A DNA stretch of 62,912 bases, counting the filler, from an uncultured Ignavibacteriales bacterium (GTDB lineage Bacteria > Zixibacteria > MSB-5A5 > GN15 > JAAZOE01), in assembly GCA_964611355.1 (NCBI GenBank). It is 3 parts of 3 records of this genome, joined end to end, with 100 filler letters (N's around TTAATTAATTAA, not from the genome) between each part and the next. Parts side by side here need not be neighbours in the genome. Positions count along the whole stretch, not along the records: positions 31,000 to 62,912 come from CAZSYD010000027.1; 2 more parts are not named here. One strand, 5' to 3'. The notes beneath the pieces were generated by a model. The model saw only the letters and a list, made by a program, of their open reading frames with translations. It made no database searches and was not told the DNA's origin. Shown piece after piece: positions 61,355 to 62,912 of this stretch; position 1 is the first letter of the stretch, and each line of letters begins with the position of its first letter. The position numbers were made by a program, and so were the translations under genes.

Positions 61355-62100
61355 TACTGCGCGCTAATCGGCCCGATCGAGGAACCGTTGATAAACTGCC
61401 TGACGACCGGATTATCGGTCGATTTTATCTCTTCCGGCGTGCCGTCGCAGATTCCTTTGCCGTCGTAAAGCATAACAATCCGGTCGGCGATTTTGTAGAC
61501 TGAAGCCATGTCGTGGGTAACGGCAATAGAAGTTACTCCGAGTTTTTTGTTAACATCGACAATTAATTCGTTGATCCTGTCGGCCGTGATCGGGTCGAGT
61601 CCGGTGGTCGGTTCGTCATAGAGGAGAATATCCGGTTCGGCGGCAATCGCCCGGGCCAGGGCGACCCTTTTCTTCATACCGCCCGATATTTCGGCCGGCA
61701 TTTTTTCTTCAATGCCGGACAAGCCGACCAACGACAGTTTCTCTCCGACTTTCTCTTTGATCTCGGCCGATTTCATACGCAGGCTTTCCTTGAGGCAAAA
61801 GCCGATGTTCTCGCCAACCGTCATCGAATCAAACAAAGCTCCGAATTGAAACAGAACCCCGACCCGCCGACGGTATTGCATCAGCTCTTTGCGCGAAAAG
61901 TCAAAAATGCTCAATCCATCGACAATAACATTGCCCTTGTCCGGTGAAAGCAGCCCGACTACATGTTTCAGAAGAACCGACTTGCCGCACCCGGAACGGC
62001 CGATAATAACCACCGACTGACCCGATTCTATCTCAAGGTCAACACCCTCAAGGACAACCAGGTCCCCGAAACGCTTATGCAGGTTTTCAATCCTGATCAT
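61354..62100 (-). CDS. mlaF: MlaF-type ABC transporter ATP-binding protein
   Basis: Motifs GRSGCGKS, ISGGMKKRVALAR and YDEPTTGLDP; follows an MlaE permease. Confidence 0.88.
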   Translation of the reverse strand: MIRIENLHKRFGDLVVLEGVDLEIESGQSVVIIGRSGCGKSVLLKHVVGLLSPDKGNVIVDGLSIFDFSRKELMQYRRRVGVLFQFGALFDSMTVGENIGFCLKESLRMKSAEIKEKVGEKLSLVGLSGIEEKMPAEISGGMKKRVALARAIAAEPDILLYDEPTTGLDPITADRINELIVDVNKKLGVTSIAVTHDMASVYKIADRIVMLYDGKGICDGTPEEIKSTDNPVVRQFINGSSIGPISAQ

Positions 62101-62873
62101 ATCTGGAATAAAAACGTAGCCATGATAAAGTCAGCAACAAGAATCAACACCGCCGCGCTGACTACCGCCTGGGTGGTCGATAAACCAACCCCTTCCGCCC
62201 CTCCGGTTGCATGGAACCCATGATAGCAGCCCATCACCGAAATAATGGCGCCGAATCCGCACGATTTTGCCAGGCCCGCAAAAAAGTCCGAAAGCTGGAA
62301 AAACTGTTTGAAACCGTTCATGAACGTTTCCGTCTCCATTCCAACCATACGCACCGAGACGATATAAGCCCCGAACATCGCAATAAAATCGGCCAGCATG
62401 GTCAGAACAGGCAGCATAACTATTCCGGCAATAAAACGGGGCATAACCAGATAACGCACCGGATCAACGGCCATCGACTCCATGGCGTCAATTTGTTCGG
62501 TGACTCTCATTGATCCCAATTCGGCGGCGATACCGGCGCTGATTCGACCGGCCAGAACCAGCGCGGTAAGCACCGGCCCCAGTTCTATCAGGACCGCCTT
62601 GCCGACTGCGCCGCCGAGGTAGCGCACGGGAACGTAGTCTTTAAACTGATAGGCCGCCTGCCAGGCCGAAACGCCGCCGGTAAAAATCGACGTGACCGCA
62701 ACAAGCCAGATAGATTTGACCCCCATGTAATACATTTGGGTAATAATCAGCCGAAGAGATACGAAGAAAAAGCGCAGCGAAATCAGAGTCCGCCACAGCA
62801 TCAGAGTTATTCGCCCCAGGCCGCTGATCAGGGTCGCGGGTCCGATATCAAAGGCGCTACGTTGATCGTCCAT
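62097..62873 (-). CDS. mlaE: MlaE-type ABC transporter permease
   Basis: Motifs ELGPVLTAL, AELGSMRVTEQIDAM and GAEGVGLSTTQAVV. Confidence 0.92.
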   Translation of the reverse strand: MDDQRSAFDIGPATLISGLGRITLMLWRTLISLRFFFVSLRLIITQMYYMGVKSIWLVAVTSIFTGGVSAWQAAYQFKDYVPVRYLGGAVGKAVLIELGPVLTALVLAGRISAGIAAELGSMRVTEQIDAMESMAVDPVRYLVMPRFIAGIVMLPVLTMLADFIAMFGAYIVSVRMVGMETETFMNGFKQFFQLSDFFAGLAKSCGFGAIISVMGCYHGFHATGGAEGVGLSTTQAVVSAAVLILVADFIMATFLFQI

Positions 62874-62876
62874 AAG

Positions 62877-62912
62877 CTAAAATGGAATATCCGATTCTCC
62901 CGAAGGCACCGG
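62877..62912 (-). CDS. 3' end of an upstream gene ending ...PVPSGESDIPF (SSB- or DnaB-like acidic tail)
   Basis: Reads CCG GTG CCT TCG GGA GAA TCG GAT ATT CCA TTT TAG; only 11 codons are visible. Confidence 0.4.
   Translation of the reverse strand, partial: PVPSGESDIPF

Overview
This is a fragment of a draft bacterial genome, probably metagenome-assembled. Dockerin, FlgD-Ig and T9SS-type C-terminal domain proteins plus the gene order suggest an FCB-group anaerobe such as candidate phylum Zixibacteria (inference only). Three contigs are joined by artificial N44-TTAATTAATTAA-N44 linkers (12872-12971, 30900-30999), and a false 100-N gap lies inside leuS. Contig 1 carries lapB/lapA, an AT-rich methyltransferase, a STAS protein, an orphan sigma54 response regulator, an outer-membrane protein, a divergent EF-G, a TSP3/dockerin protein and an S9 peptidase. 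Contig 2 carries the rimP-nusA-infB-rbfA/DHH-truB-ribF-rpsO-pnp cluster, asnS, leuS, a dif-like XerCD site and an AT-rich secreted protein. Contig 3 carries two lepB genes, rseP, dxr and a cyclophilin, then a ~19 kb energy-metabolism block of two convergent operons, then tgt, radA and mlaFE. In that block, hbd-ackA-nfnAB runs on + and ALDH, an arginine synthetase (ArcE)-like gene, carbamate kinase, cca, sucCD, korDABC, ndk, a LarA-family racemase, mdh and icd run on -; each operon has a Rex-like operator upstream. The most interesting points are the probable arginine synthetase pathway linked to the TCA/2-oxoglutarate genes, the LarA homolog beside mdh, a histone-like SucD tail, an RbfA-NrnA fusion, a CTG-started ribF, the dif-like site and a possible non-cellulosomal cohesin-dockerin system. 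I saw no rRNA, tRNA, CRISPR array or transposase. All calls come from reading motifs; no searches were run.
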